Of a stretch of 64,000 nucleotides of DNA, positions 1-10,223 are shown piece after piece; within the stretch, counting starts at the first letter, position 1, and each line of letters starts with the position of its first letter. A program made the translations under genes and the position numbers. Location: assembly GCA_963741955.1 (NCBI GenBank), contig CAVUKB010000005.1, positions 448,001 to 512,000 of the forward strand, read 5' to 3'. The stretch is from an uncultured Acidobacteriota bacterium (lineage in GTDB: Bacteria > Acidobacteriota > Thermoanaerobaculia > Gp7-AA8). Below the pieces are notes generated by a model. The model was given only the letters and a program-made list of their open reading frames with translations, made no database searches and had not been told where the DNA came from.

Positions 1-1
1 G

Positions 2-616
2 GACGAACGATTCACGGCCGGAGAAGTCCGGGTTCTGCGGGAGCTCGACGGGACGCGTCCGATCGAGGAGGTGATCCGGGAGAGCGGTCTCGCGAGCGAC
101 GAGGCGGCCGCAATCGTTGCATCGATGGTCCGCAGAGGATGGCTGATCTCCCGGCAGGGCTCGAAGATGAAGCTTCCCGCCGCACGACCTTCGGATTCCC
201 CCGCTCCTGATCGGGCGGGCGTTCCACGTCCCCCCACCGAGGAGATGCCGGCACCTGCGGGATCGGCCGGGCCCGCCGAACCGAGCTCACGGGCGCCATT
301 TCTCGCCTGTTTCACGCTCGACAATACCGCGAGCACGTCGTTCCCTCTCTTCGACGAGAGCTGCACGATCGGACGGAGCTCCAGGAATACGATCCAGCTC
401 GATGACCCGAGCGTCTCCTCTTCGCATGCCCGCATCACGGCCACCGCCGATGGGCATCTCCTCGAGGACCTCGGGTCGAGCAACGGGACGTTCGTCAACG
501 GCCGGAAGATCAGGACGGCGTCGCTGCGCGACAAGGACCGCATCCGGATGGGCGCGGTCTACATGGTCTACATGATTCCCGAAGTCCATCGACCCGAGAG
601 CGAGCCTCGCCCATGA
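2..616 (+). CDS. FHA-domain protein, 5'-truncated by window edge
   Basis: Frame is open from position 2. C-terminal FHA motifs IGRS, VSSSHA, DLGSSNGTFVNG. Stop overlaps the next start (ATGA). Confidence 0.85.
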   Translation, partial: DERFTAGEVRVLRELDGTRPIEEVIRESGLASDEAAAIVASMVRRGWLISRQGSKMKLPAARPSDSPAPDRAGVPRPPTEEMPAPAGSAGPAEPSSRAPFLACFTLDNTASTSFPLFDESCTIGRSSRNTIQLDDPSVSSSHARITATADGHLLEDLGSSNGTFVNGRKIRTASLRDKDRIRMGAVYMVYMIPEVHRPESEPRP

Positions 617-3015
617 CGGAGCTCGATCTCATCATCGTCGGCTCCGGACCCGCAGGATTGAGCGCTGCGTCTCACGCCGCGAGCAACGCTCTTCGCTACG
701 TGGTCCTCGAGCGAGCTCCACACATCGCCGACACCATCCAGTGCTATCAGGCGCGCAAGTACGTGATGGCCGAGCCGATGGTCATCCCCGGGCGCGGCGA
801 TCTCCCGTTCGAGGCGGGCTCGCGCGAGTCGATCCTCGACGCATGGAGTGTCCACTGTCGCGATCGCACGCTCCACATCGAGTTCGGAAAGGAAGTTCAG
901 TCGATCGAGCGCGGCTCGTCCGGATTCACGGTCCGCACGAAGGACGGCGGAAGCTGGGCGGCCCCGAACGTGATCCTCGGCGTCGGCACGCAGGGATCTC
1001 TGCGGAAGCCGAACGTCCCGGGCGAAGATCTCCCCCACGTTTTCTATCGACTGGCCGACCCGTCCGATTACAGCGATCAGGATCTCGTCGTGGTCGGTGC
1101 AGGCGATTCCGCGCTCGAGATCGCACTCGCGCTCGCCGACGAGAACCGCGTCAGCCTGGTCGTCCGCTCGTCCGAGATCGTCCGGGCGAAGGAGAGCCTC
1201 ACCCGCGAGGCACTGAGTCGCGAAGCGAGCGGACGGATGACGATCTACTTCAGCGCGACTCTGCACAACATCGAGCCGGGATTCACCGATCTCGACGTTC
1301 GCGGAGAGATCGTCCGTGTTCCCGCACAGGCTCTCTTTCTCAAGCTCGGAGCGGTCGCACCACGGAAGTTTTTCGAGTCGTGTGGCATCGAGTACAGCGG
1401 GAAAGATCGCGACGCCATCCCTCTCCTCTCGGAGCACTACGAGACGAGCGTTCCGGGCCTCTATCTGATCGGCGCGGCAAGCGGACGCGATCTGATCAAA
1501 CTCGGGATGAATCAGGGATGGGAAGTCGTCGAGCACATCCTCGGGCACGAGGTCGAACCCGCCGACGAAGCGGTGCTGCGGGAGAGAGTTCCCTTTCTGG
1601 AAGGAACCGTCCACCAGAGGATCGGACAGCTCAGAGAAAAGATTCCGCTATTCGCGGCCGCCGAGGTCGAGCAGATCCGCGAGATGCTGCTCGCGACGGA
1701 GTTGCGGGAGTTCACGAACGGGCAGACCGTCATCCGGCAGAACGATTACACGAACGAGTTCCTGGTGATCGCGAGCGGCCGGGTCGAGGTCCTGGTCCGG
1801 AGCGAGGAAGGCGTGGAGAGCCGGGTCGCCGAGCTGACCGCGGGGAACTTCTTCGGCGAGATGAGTCTCATCTCGGGACGTCGCCGGAGTGCGACGGTGA
1901 ATGTGGTCGGCCCGGCGAAGATCTTCGCCATTCCGCGAAAAGCCATGCTGAAGCTGATCCGCACTTCGCCCGCAGTGCGCGATCTGGTCGATCGCGCATT
2001 CCTGATCCGGGCGATTCAGGGCTACCTCTTCCCGAATGTCTCCACCGCACGGCTGGGAGAACTGGTCGGACGTGCCGAGCTCCTCTCGCTCCCGAAGGGT
2101 CACGCGGTGTTCTACGAGGGCGCCGAAGGAGACGCGTTCTACCTCATCCGGAATGGAATGGTGAAGATCGCCCGCAAGTCGGGTGATCGGGAGCTCGTTC
2201 TCTCCTATCTCGTCGCAGGCAACTTCTTCGGAGAAACGGCACTCCTTTCGAACCAGCCGCGGACTGCGACCGTCACCACGATCTTTCCCTCCGACCTGAT
2301 TCGCCTCAGCCGCGACGATTTCCAGTCGTTCCTCGCGGCCAATCCTCAGTTCCGCGCCGACCCGATGAAGAAGCTCGAGGAGCGACGGATCGGCGCTCTC
2401 GTCGCCGATGCGACACCGGGAGCGGGGAACGTTCTGAGCGATCTGATTCGCGAAGAAGTGGTGATGGGGACGGACACCCTGATCATCGACGAGCATCTCT
2501 GCATCCGCTGCAGCAACTGCGTCCGCGCGTGCGAGGGCGTTCACGATGACGGTCAATCGCGGCTCTCGCTCACCGGCATTCGTCTGTACAACGTCCTCGC
2601 ACCGAACTCCTGCTGGCAGTGCGAGAACCCTCTCTGCATGCTCGACTGCCCGCCGGATGCGATCGCGCGCGACCCGCGAGGAGAGGTCTACATCCGGAGC
2701 AACTGCATCGGATGCGGAAACTGCGAGTCGAATTGTCCCTACGGCAACATCTTCATGATTCACCCCAAACCGAAGTGGGATCCATTCGGCTGGGTCAAGT
2801 CACTCTTCGCCCGCGCTGCGGGAAGATCGGCCGACGGCAACGGCGGCGAGCACGGCATCGAGCGGACTCTCGCCGTGAAGTGCGATCTCTGTCGCGACCT
2901 CGGCAGCGGACCGGCATGCGTGCGGAGCTGTCCCACCGGTGCCGCGCTGCGTCTCACGCCGCAGGAGTATCGCAGCACGCTGGAGGAGATCGTGATCACC
3001 AGAGGAGATCGCTGA
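613..3015 (+). CDS. FAD/NAD(P)H oxidoreductase (TrxB-like) fused to two cNMP-binding domains and a DmsB-like 4x[4Fe-4S] domain
   Basis: GSGPAG and GAGDSA dinucleotide motifs. Two phosphate-binding cassettes (FFGEMSL..RRSATV, FFGETAL..PRTATV). Four Cys clusters: CIRCSNCVRAC, CWQC..CMLDCP, CIGCGNCESNCP, CDLC..CVRSCP. Confidence 0.9.
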   Translation: MTELDLIIVGSGPAGLSAASHAASNALRYVVLERAPHIADTIQCYQARKYVMAEPMVIPGRGDLPFEAGSRESILDAWSVHCRDRTLHIEFGKEVQSIERGSSGFTVRTKDGGSWAAPNVILGVGTQGSLRKPNVPGEDLPHVFYRLADPSDYSDQDLVVVGAGDSALEIALALADENRVSLVVRSSEIVRAKESLTREALSREASGRMTIYFSATLHNIEPGFTDLDVRGEIVRVPAQALFLKLGAVAPRKFFESCGIEYSGKDRDAIPLLSEHYETSVPGLYLIGAASGRDLIKLGMNQGWEVVEHILGHEVEPADEAVLRERVPFLEGTVHQRIGQLREKIPLFAAAEVEQIREMLLATELREFTNGQTVIRQNDYTNEFLVIASGRVEVLVRSEEGVESRVAELTAGNFFGEMSLISGRRRSATVNVVGPAKIFAIPRKAMLKLIRTSPAVRDLVDRAFLIRAIQGYLFPNVSTARLGELVGRAELLSLPKGHAVFYEGAEGDAFYLIRNGMVKIARKSGDRELVLSYLVAGNFFGETALLSNQPRTATVTTIFPSDLIRLSRDDFQSFLAANPQFRADPMKKLEERRIGALVADATPGAGNVLSDLIREEVVMGTDTLIIDEHLCIRCSNCVRACEGVHDDGQSRLSLTGIRLYNVLAPNSCWQCENPLCMLDCPPDAIARDPRGEVYIRSNCIGCGNCESNCPYGNIFMIHPKPKWDPFGWVKSLFARAAGRSADGNGGEHGIERTLAVKCDLCRDLGSGPACVRSCPTGAALRLTPQEYRSTLEEIVITRGDR

Positions 3016-3016
3016 G

Positions 3017-3856
3017 GTGCCGGTCCGGAGACATGCAGGCCGCTGGCAGCTGATCTCGGCGCTTCTTCTCGCCGCACTGCTCGGCTCATACGTCTGGTAC
3101 GAGCAGCGCGAGCCGTTCACCCATGGCGGATCGACGATGGGTCTGATCTACGGAATCGTGGCGCTCGCGCTGATGGGCCTCCTTCTCTGGTTCGGCATCC
3201 GGAAGCGCTCCTACCGAAGCCGCTTCGGCACGCTCGAGGAGTGGCTGCAGTCGCACATCTATCTCGGCCTCTTCACGTTTGCGGTGGTGATCGCGCACAC
3301 CGGATTCCAGTTCCGCGATCGGATGGCGATCGCGCTCCTGATCGTGGTCACTCTGGTGATCGCCAGCGGAATCCTCGGCGCGATTCTCTACAAGACGGTG
3401 CCGCGTCTGCTCACCGAGGTCGACTCGAATCTTCCTGCGGACGCGATGTCGGAAGAGATGAACCAGCTGACGCGATCGATGTCGCGGGCCGCATCGGGCA
3501 AGTCGGCCCCGTTCCAGCGCATTTACAAACGGCTGGTGCAGGAAGCAATCCCTCCTCCTCTCGCGGGATGGCGTCTCCTGCTCCGTTCTTCGAACCGACG
3601 GAATCCCACCACTCGTCCGGACGACTGGTCGTCATTCCTGGGGATGGTTCCGGAAGACGAACAGGCGGAGCTGCGACAGCTTCTGGTGCTCTCACGGCAG
3701 CAGAAGGAACTGCAACTGCGCCTGGTTGCACAGCAGAAGTACCGTAACCTGCTCGATTTCTGGCTCTACATGCACCTCCCTCTTTCCATCGCCATGATCC
3801 TCCTGATCATCGCGCATCTGTGGGGCGTGTTCTATTACGGCAAAATCCAGTTCTGA
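3017..3856 (+). CDS. Integral membrane protein, ferric-reductase-like (putative di-heme b)
   Basis: About five hydrophobic helices, with paired His in two of them (SHIYLG...IAH; MHLPL...IAH). Confidence 0.75.
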   Translation: MPVRRHAGRWQLISALLLAALLGSYVWYEQREPFTHGGSTMGLIYGIVALALMGLLLWFGIRKRSYRSRFGTLEEWLQSHIYLGLFTFAVVIAHTGFQFRDRMAIALLIVVTLVIASGILGAILYKTVPRLLTEVDSNLPADAMSEEMNQLTRSMSRAASGKSAPFQRIYKRLVQEAIPPPLAGWRLLLRSSNRRNPTTRPDDWSSFLGMVPEDEQAELRQLLVLSRQQKELQLRLVAQQKYRNLLDFWLYMHLPLSIAMILLIIAHLWGVFYYGKIQF

Positions 3857-3865
3857 GGAATCGGC

Positions 3866-6301
3866 GTGTCCTTTCTGCTTCAGAAGATCGACCGGCCCAG
3901 AGTCACTCTGGTCGAGGTGAAGTCGCCCCGATTGACGATCGGGCGAGGCACGGGTGCGGACCTTCGATCCGAAAACGCCGCGGTGGCGCTCGAGCACGCG
4001 GTCGTCGAACTGAGGAAGGATGCCGGATACGAGATCTTCGACCGGGGGAGCATCACCGGGACGTACGTGAACGGGCGTCCCATCGAGAGCCGGCTCCTCG
4101 CGGCAGGCGATCGGATCGAGATCGGCGACCTGGTGATGGACGTCCAGGTTGCGGCGGCGGATCGTCCCCTCTTCCTCCGCGTCGAGAAAACGCGGGAAGA
4201 GAACGAAGCTCCGCTTCAGACCGGCGCGGCGGACGAGCGTCCCGTCTTCCTCACCGGAGCGCGGGTCGGAGCGCCTCGGATTGACTTCTCCCGCGCCTAC
4301 GCACTGCGCCAGGGCTTTCTGTCGAAAGGTGGAATGGTCTTCTCCCTGATGGCCCTCACGGCGATTCTCGTTGCGGCGGCGATCATCGGTGCGAAGGGCC
4401 TCGCCTACCAGCCCGGGCCGATCTCCGTCGCGCACGCGACGGCGACCCGACCCGATGGCGAGCGCGTCATCGGCGAACACGAGTGCAACGCGTGTCACGT
4501 TCCCTTCGGAGGAGCGAGCAACCACAAGTGCGGCGAGTGCCACGAGCAGTCGTTCCACCAGGCGAGAGAAGCGAAGGTCGGCCCGTGCATCGACTGTCAC
4601 GCAGAGCATCGCGACGTCCCGAATCTCGCGATGGTCCAGGCACAGCAGTGCGTTCGATGTCATCGGAATCTCGAGGGGAGCTCCATCACCGCGAAACGAA
4701 CCATCACCGCGTTCGAGACCGACCATCCCGAATTCACGATCCGGCTGGCGAGCGGAAAGAACGAGGCGGTCAACACCGCGACGGCTCGTACCGCGGATGC
4801 GATTCCACTGAAGTTCAACCACCAGTGCCACCTTCAGGGAAAGTGCAATCTCACTCCGCCCACTGCGAGCGACCCGAGACGGGAGAAGGTCGAGCTTCAC
4901 TGTGTCTCCTGCCACACTTTCGATCCGCAGACCGGAGCGGCCCAGCCGGTCCGGTACGAGACCGCATGCTCGAAATGTCATCCGCTCACGTTCGACAATC
5001 GCTTTCCGCCCGTCCCCCATGGTCTCTCGCTCGAGACCGTCGCCGGAGTGATCGCGAACACGTACGCCGGGAACGAAGATCTGCTCACCAGATCGCCGTC
5101 CGAGATCGAAGGAATCTTCGCCCGGAGGGAACGACGCACCCTCGACACGTCGAGTATCGTCGTTCGAAACGCCCAACGCGTGATGCAGACCCGTTGCGCC
5201 CACTGCCACGTGATGGAGAAAGACGGACGCAACGTCGTTCCGGTGAAAGAAAGAGCGGTGTGGTTCCCGGGAATGCGCCGCTTCAACCACTCCGTCCATA
5301 TGGCGGAGACCCTGAAACTCTCGTGTGTGGACTGCCATCACGGAATCGGATCGAGCAGGAAGGCATCCGATCTCTCTCTTCCGTCGATCAACAGCTGCAA
5401 AGGATGCCATCGCGCCAGCGCAACATTCGCGAACGCAGGTCTCGGCACGTGCACGCGCTGCCACTACTACCATGAAGCGACCAGGAAGCTCGGCCCCGGA
5501 TGGACGGCACGTGCCAGCCTGGTCTCGACGAAACTCTCCAAACCAGTCATCCCGAACAAGGGATCGAACGACAAGCAGAAGAAGGGGTGGGACTTGATCC
5601 TGGCATTCGTCTGGCCGATGCTCGCCATCGGCGGAATCATCATCCTCGTGTTCCTTGCGGTCGTCGGAGTGGCGGTCTTCTTTGCCGCACGCCGCGACCG
5701 GCGTGCAGCCGGCGAAGCGCTGGCGGGAGTCGGTGCGGCGACGGGGCCGATTCAGAAACGGACTCCCTCCCCGGCGGCGCCATCTCCCCCACTTTCCTCA
5801 CCTTCGACGCCCTCTCCGGCCGCATCCTCGCCAGCCGCGCCCTCTCCGGCCGCACCCTCGCCGGCCACATCCTCTCCGGCGCCACCCTCGGCTGAGCCGG
5901 CGGTGCCGAAGGATGCGACGCCTTCCGTGCCCGAACCGACGATCGCGGTTCCTCTTCCTCAACCCGAGCCGCCTGCGAAGGACGGCAGCACGGTCATGAT
6001 CCAGTGGCACGGATCGCTGATCGGAACCGCCGGAAAGCTCGAAGGAAAACGCATTCCGGTGACCAGCGACGGGTTCTACATCGGCCGAGACAAGGCGGCC
6101 GCGACGCTGGTGATCGATGACGGACGCGTCTCCCGCCGTCATTTGTGGATCGGCGTGGAGGACGGCGAGGTCGTCGTCGTGGACCAGGGCTCCACGAACG
6201 GCACTTTCGTCAACGGAGAGCGCGTGACGCGGCGGGTTCTTGCCGCAGGTGATATCATTACCATCTCCGACAATGTTGCATCTCTGAAGTACGAAGTCTG
6301 A
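3866..6301 (+). CDS. FHA - TM - decaheme cytochrome c - TM - Pro-rich linker - FHA protein
   Basis: 10 CxxCH motifs between two hydrophobic segments. FHA motifs at both ends (IGRG..SITGTYVNG; IGRD..SRRH..STNGTFVNG). Confidence 0.88.
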   Translation: MSFLLQKIDRPRVTLVEVKSPRLTIGRGTGADLRSENAAVALEHAVVELRKDAGYEIFDRGSITGTYVNGRPIESRLLAAGDRIEIGDLVMDVQVAAADRPLFLRVEKTREENEAPLQTGAADERPVFLTGARVGAPRIDFSRAYALRQGFLSKGGMVFSLMALTAILVAAAIIGAKGLAYQPGPISVAHATATRPDGERVIGEHECNACHVPFGGASNHKCGECHEQSFHQAREAKVGPCIDCHAEHRDVPNLAMVQAQQCVRCHRNLEGSSITAKRTITAFETDHPEFTIRLASGKNEAVNTATARTADAIPLKFNHQCHLQGKCNLTPPTASDPRREKVELHCVSCHTFDPQTGAAQPVRYETACSKCHPLTFDNRFPPVPHGLSLETVAGVIANTYAGNEDLLTRSPSEIEGIFARRERRTLDTSSIVVRNAQRVMQTRCAHCHVMEKDGRNVVPVKERAVWFPGMRRFNHSVHMAETLKLSCVDCHHGIGSSRKASDLSLPSINSCKGCHRASATFANAGLGTCTRCHYYHEATRKLGPGWTARASLVSTKLSKPVIPNKGSNDKQKKGWDLILAFVWPMLAIGGIIILVFLAVVGVAVFFAARRDRRAAGEALAGVGAATGPIQKRTPSPAAPSPPLSSPSTPSPAASSPAAPSPAAPSPATSSPAPPSAEPAVPKDATPSVPEPTIAVPLPQPEPPAKDGSTVMIQWHGSLIGTAGKLEGKRIPVTSDGFYIGRDKAAATLVIDDGRVSRRHLWIGVEDGEVVVVDQGSTNGTFVNGERVTRRVLAAGDIITISDNVASLKYEV

Positions 6302-6345
6302 CAACGTCTCGGCTTTGCCGCCGGACGGGCGTAGAGGGGAAAGGT

Positions 6346-8139
6346 GTGTCCTCGAAAATGACGAATGCAGGAATCCGTCGATCTCGAGTCCCCAGGGTCC
6401 TCATCCCGATCGTCGTCTTGGCGCTCCTCGGCGTCGGCATTCCGGCAGCCGCCGGAGAACGGGGACGCGGGGTCAGGACTCCATCATCGGTCCGTTTCAC
6501 CACCTCGCCTGATTGCGGCGGTTCGGCCGACGGCTCTCCCTGTCTCGAAGCCAGCGGAGAATTCGCACCTCTTCAGACCGACGAGGTGGAGACCCTCGCC
6601 CGCAATGCCGCGGCGGCTCTATCCGATCCGCACATGACCATCGCCGTCGTCGACCGCGCCGGGCGGGTGCTCGCGCTGGCGCGCAAGCCGGAAGCGGATC
6701 CGGCCAACGACGATCTGGCGGTCGGCCTCGCGCGCACCGCCGCATTCTTCAGTCACGACATGGCCCCGCTCTCCTCGAGGACGGTGCGATTCATCAGCGG
6801 AGTGCACTTTCCACCGGGAGTCCGGGATGCCCCCACCGCGCCGCTCTACGGGATCGAGAACACCAACCGCGGATGCGATCTCAACGTGACGTTCAACCCC
6901 GGAAAATGCGTCCCTCGGGCGACTTCGCTCAACGCTCTCCCGTGCAACGCATTCGACGCGCGCGGTTGCGGCACCGGTCCGGTGACCGGAAAGGTGCAGC
7001 CGTACGATTCTCATGACGGCGGAAAGCATCCGAGCTGGCTCGGACTCGAAGGGCCGGGCAACCCGAAAGGACTCCCGGTGAACGCGGGTGGCATCCCGAT
7101 CTACAGAGTGAGTGACGTGCGCGTGACCGGAGGATCGCTGGAGAACGGCACCGCGAATGTCCACGCCGAGGGCCCGGGTCATCTCGTCGGGGGAATTGGT
7201 GTGGCCGGCGTCCCATCGTCACAGGCCGAATTCGCCGCCTTCTCGAGCGTCGCTCTCAGCAGCAGTCATCTCTTCCCCGCGCCTTCGTTCCCGCTGCCTT
7301 CGCCGGGACGCGTCTTCATAGGGGGGGTCCGCGTTCCGTTCGTCGAACAGGGCATCCGGCCGACCGGCACTGAGGCCGGTTCCGCCGTCGACGCGACGTT
7401 CATCGTCGGACCGCAGACGGGAGGATGCGTCGCGAACCGCTATCTGGTCGGTCCCGCGGCCGGTTCCGCACTCTCCCGCGACGAAGTCGACCGGATCATC
7501 CACCAGGCATTCGATGCGGCGGAGCGAACCCGCGCCGCGATCCGCCTGCCGCTCGGCAGCTATGCACGGATGGTGTTCGCGGTCTCCGATCTCGACGGAT
7601 CGATCCTCGCGCTCTACCGGATGCCGGATGCGACAGTCTTCTCGATCGACGTCGCGGTGGCGAAATCGCGCAACGTGATCTACTTCAGCAGCGCCGACGT
7701 CTCTGCCGATCTCCCCGGCCTTCCCTCCGGAACCGCGGTCTCGAACCGGACCATCAGCTTCGGAGCTCAACCGCTCTTCCCCGCCGGTATCGACGGCACG
7801 ACTCCCGGTCCGTTCTTCGGACTCTTTCAGCACGATCTCGGCAACGTCTGCTCCCAGGGGACGCAGCTCGCGAATGCGAATCAGAACGGAGTGGTCTTCT
7901 TCCCCGGGAGCATCCCGCTCTACCGCGACGGCCATCTGGTGGGAGGGCTCGGCGTGAGCGGCGACGGCGTGGAGCAGGACGACTACGTTTCCTATCACGG
8001 CGCGGTCGGATTCCATCCGGCGATGTCGATCTGGTCGGATCAGCACGAGATCCGCGGCGTCCGCATTCCATTCCTCAAGTTTCCCCGGCATCCGGAGGAC
8101 GTGACCGAACAGACGAAGGAGACATTCGATGCACCGTGA
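6346..8139 (+). CDS. Secreted tandem GlcG/HbpS-like heme-binding protein
   Basis: Signal peptide. Two copies of the GlcG-type pattern (IAVVDRAG..GGIGVAG; FAVSDLDG..AVAKSR..GSIPLYRDGHLVGGLGVSG). Confidence 0.75.
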   Translation: MSSKMTNAGIRRSRVPRVLIPIVVLALLGVGIPAAAGERGRGVRTPSSVRFTTSPDCGGSADGSPCLEASGEFAPLQTDEVETLARNAAAALSDPHMTIAVVDRAGRVLALARKPEADPANDDLAVGLARTAAFFSHDMAPLSSRTVRFISGVHFPPGVRDAPTAPLYGIENTNRGCDLNVTFNPGKCVPRATSLNALPCNAFDARGCGTGPVTGKVQPYDSHDGGKHPSWLGLEGPGNPKGLPVNAGGIPIYRVSDVRVTGGSLENGTANVHAEGPGHLVGGIGVAGVPSSQAEFAAFSSVALSSSHLFPAPSFPLPSPGRVFIGGVRVPFVEQGIRPTGTEAGSAVDATFIVGPQTGGCVANRYLVGPAAGSALSRDEVDRIIHQAFDAAERTRAAIRLPLGSYARMVFAVSDLDGSILALYRMPDATVFSIDVAVAKSRNVIYFSSADVSADLPGLPSGTAVSNRTISFGAQPLFPAGIDGTTPGPFFGLFQHDLGNVCSQGTQLANANQNGVVFFPGSIPLYRDGHLVGGLGVSGDGVEQDDYVSYHGAVGFHPAMSIWSDQHEIRGVRIPFLKFPRHPEDVTEQTKETFDAP

Positions 8140-10183
8140 CCGTCGCTTCTCCGGTCGCGGATCATCTCTGTTCGCGATCGCTGCGCTGTTCCTTCTCCTG
8201 GCGCCGTTCTGCCGGTCGTCTGCAGCAGAGCCTCCGACCATCACCATCGACGGCGGGACGCTCATTTCGACGTCCTCGCTCCCGGTCGTCATATCAGGAA
8301 CGGCCTCGCCACCCGACGCGCTCGTTCAGGTCACGATCCGGGCCCGAACGATCTCGACTGTCGTTCGCGACGGACGCTGGCGCGTCGAATGGCCGGAACC
8401 GATTCCGGTCGGGACACACACGGTCGAAGCGGCGCTCGTCGACCGGTACCACACACTCGCCACCGCGACCTCGCTGTTGAAGATGACCGTGACGGCACGG
8501 CTCGCGAGAAAACCGCTGGACGCGGCGCAACCGAAGGAGACCACGGTCCGGCCGGCGCTTCGACCTGAAGACTACCAGGCGTTCCCTGACCGCTGGCGGA
8601 TCACTCCTCCCACCGACTACGACCTTCTGGTTCATCCGCGGTCGAAACTCGATCCGTACAACCAGAACATCCTCAAAGGGGACAAGCCGATCATCGGGCA
8701 GGAGATCTTCCTCGACCTCACCGGTATCTCCGACACGCTGGTGGAAGGGCGCAAGGTGCCCACCGGATCGACGGTCAGCGCGCGCAACCCGGGAAGCATC
8801 GACTTCTTCGGGGAGGGCGACCAGGCGTCGTTCGCAGAGAACGTTCTCCTCTCTGCCGATCTGTTCCGCGGTCAGACTGCATTCCGTCCCGCCGACTGGC
8901 GCGCTCGCCTCACGCTCGTCGGCAACTTCAATCACGTTTCCGTCCGCGAGAACGCCGTGGTGAACCCGGACGTCCGCCGCGGCACGTCACGAGATTCCGG
9001 CTACCTCGGAGTGCAGGAAGCCTTCTTCGAGAAGAAGATCGCGGATCTTTCGCCGAACTTCGATTTCGTCTCGATCCGCGCCGGCGTTCAACCGTTCGTC
9101 AGCGATTTTCGCGGATTCGTCTTCGATGACTCGAATCTCGGCGTCCGCCTCTTCGGCAACGCCCGATCGAACCGGTATCAGTACAACCTCGCCTGGTTCG
9201 ACCGCCTGGAGAAGGACACCAACAGCGGTCTGAATGTCATCGACAAGCTGCGCAAGCAACAGCTCCTCATCGCGAATCTCTACCGGGAGGACTTCCTGGT
9301 TCCCGGTTACACGGTCGAGGCGAGCGCTCATTACCTGAGGGATCGGGGACGCATCGCGTACGACAGCAACGGCTTCCTCGTCCGTCCCGATCCGATCGGC
9401 GATTTTTCTCCCCACCAGATCACCGCGACGTATCTCGGATTCGCCGGATTCGGAAGGCTCGGACGGATCAATGTCGATCACGCGCTCTACTACGTCTTCG
9501 GGAAGGACAGCCACAATCCGATCGCCGGGGCAGACCCGATCGGCGGCGGAGTCGGTCCCGATGGCGCCGCCGCCGGACGCGAGAGCGTCGACATTTCCGC
9601 GGAAATGGCGGCCGTCGAGCTGTCGGTGGATCGCGACTGGTACCGGCCGCGAATCGGATACTTTTACGCGAGCGGGGATCACGACGGCTTCGACCGGCAT
9701 GCGAACGGATTCGCGGCGATCTTCGCGAACCCGAACTTCGCGGGCGGGGGATTCAGCTTCTGGAACCGTCTCGGACTCCCTCTCCCCGGTACCGGCGTCG
9801 CGCTCCTCCACCGCGGAAGTTTCCTCCCCGATCTCAACAGCAGCAAGACTGAAGGTCAGCCGAACTTCGTCAATCCGGGCCTCCATCTCGCGACAGCGGG
9901 TGTCGACGTCGATCTCACCACGAAGCTCGTGCTCCTCCTCACCACCAACTATCTCCGGTTCGATCAGACTGACGTGCTGCAGGGCGTCCTCTTCCAGGAC
10001 GCGATCGACAGAGAGATCGGGTGGGACCTCTCGATCGGAGCGCGTTACCGGCCGTTCCTGAACAACAACGTGATGCTGCTGATCGGGACCGCGGCATTCG
10101 TTCCGGGAAAGGGATTCGAACAGATCTACGACAGGAAAGACACGCTCTACCAGCTTTTCACCGACCTCACGGTGAAATTCTGA
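8129..10183 (+). CDS. Outer-membrane beta-barrel protein with N-terminal Ig-like domain
   Basis: Signal peptide, amphipathic beta-strand pattern, C-terminal Phe (LTVKF). Confidence 0.7.
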   Translation: MHRDRRFSGRGSSLFAIAALFLLLAPFCRSSAAEPPTITIDGGTLISTSSLPVVISGTASPPDALVQVTIRARTISTVVRDGRWRVEWPEPIPVGTHTVEAALVDRYHTLATATSLLKMTVTARLARKPLDAAQPKETTVRPALRPEDYQAFPDRWRITPPTDYDLLVHPRSKLDPYNQNILKGDKPIIGQEIFLDLTGISDTLVEGRKVPTGSTVSARNPGSIDFFGEGDQASFAENVLLSADLFRGQTAFRPADWRARLTLVGNFNHVSVRENAVVNPDVRRGTSRDSGYLGVQEAFFEKKIADLSPNFDFVSIRAGVQPFVSDFRGFVFDDSNLGVRLFGNARSNRYQYNLAWFDRLEKDTNSGLNVIDKLRKQQLLIANLYREDFLVPGYTVEASAHYLRDRGRIAYDSNGFLVRPDPIGDFSPHQITATYLGFAGFGRLGRINVDHALYYVFGKDSHNPIAGADPIGGGVGPDGAAAGRESVDISAEMAAVELSVDRDWYRPRIGYFYASGDHDGFDRHANGFAAIFANPNFAGGGFSFWNRLGLPLPGTGVALLHRGSFLPDLNSSKTEGQPNFVNPGLHLATAGVDVDLTTKLVLLLTTNYLRFDQTDVLQGVLFQDAIDREIGWDLSIGARYRPFLNNNVMLLIGTAAFVPGKGFEQIYDRKDTLYQLFTDLTVKF

Positions 10184-10223
10184 GCGCCGACGAATCGAAG
10201 ATCACGGAAGACCACCGAAGACG

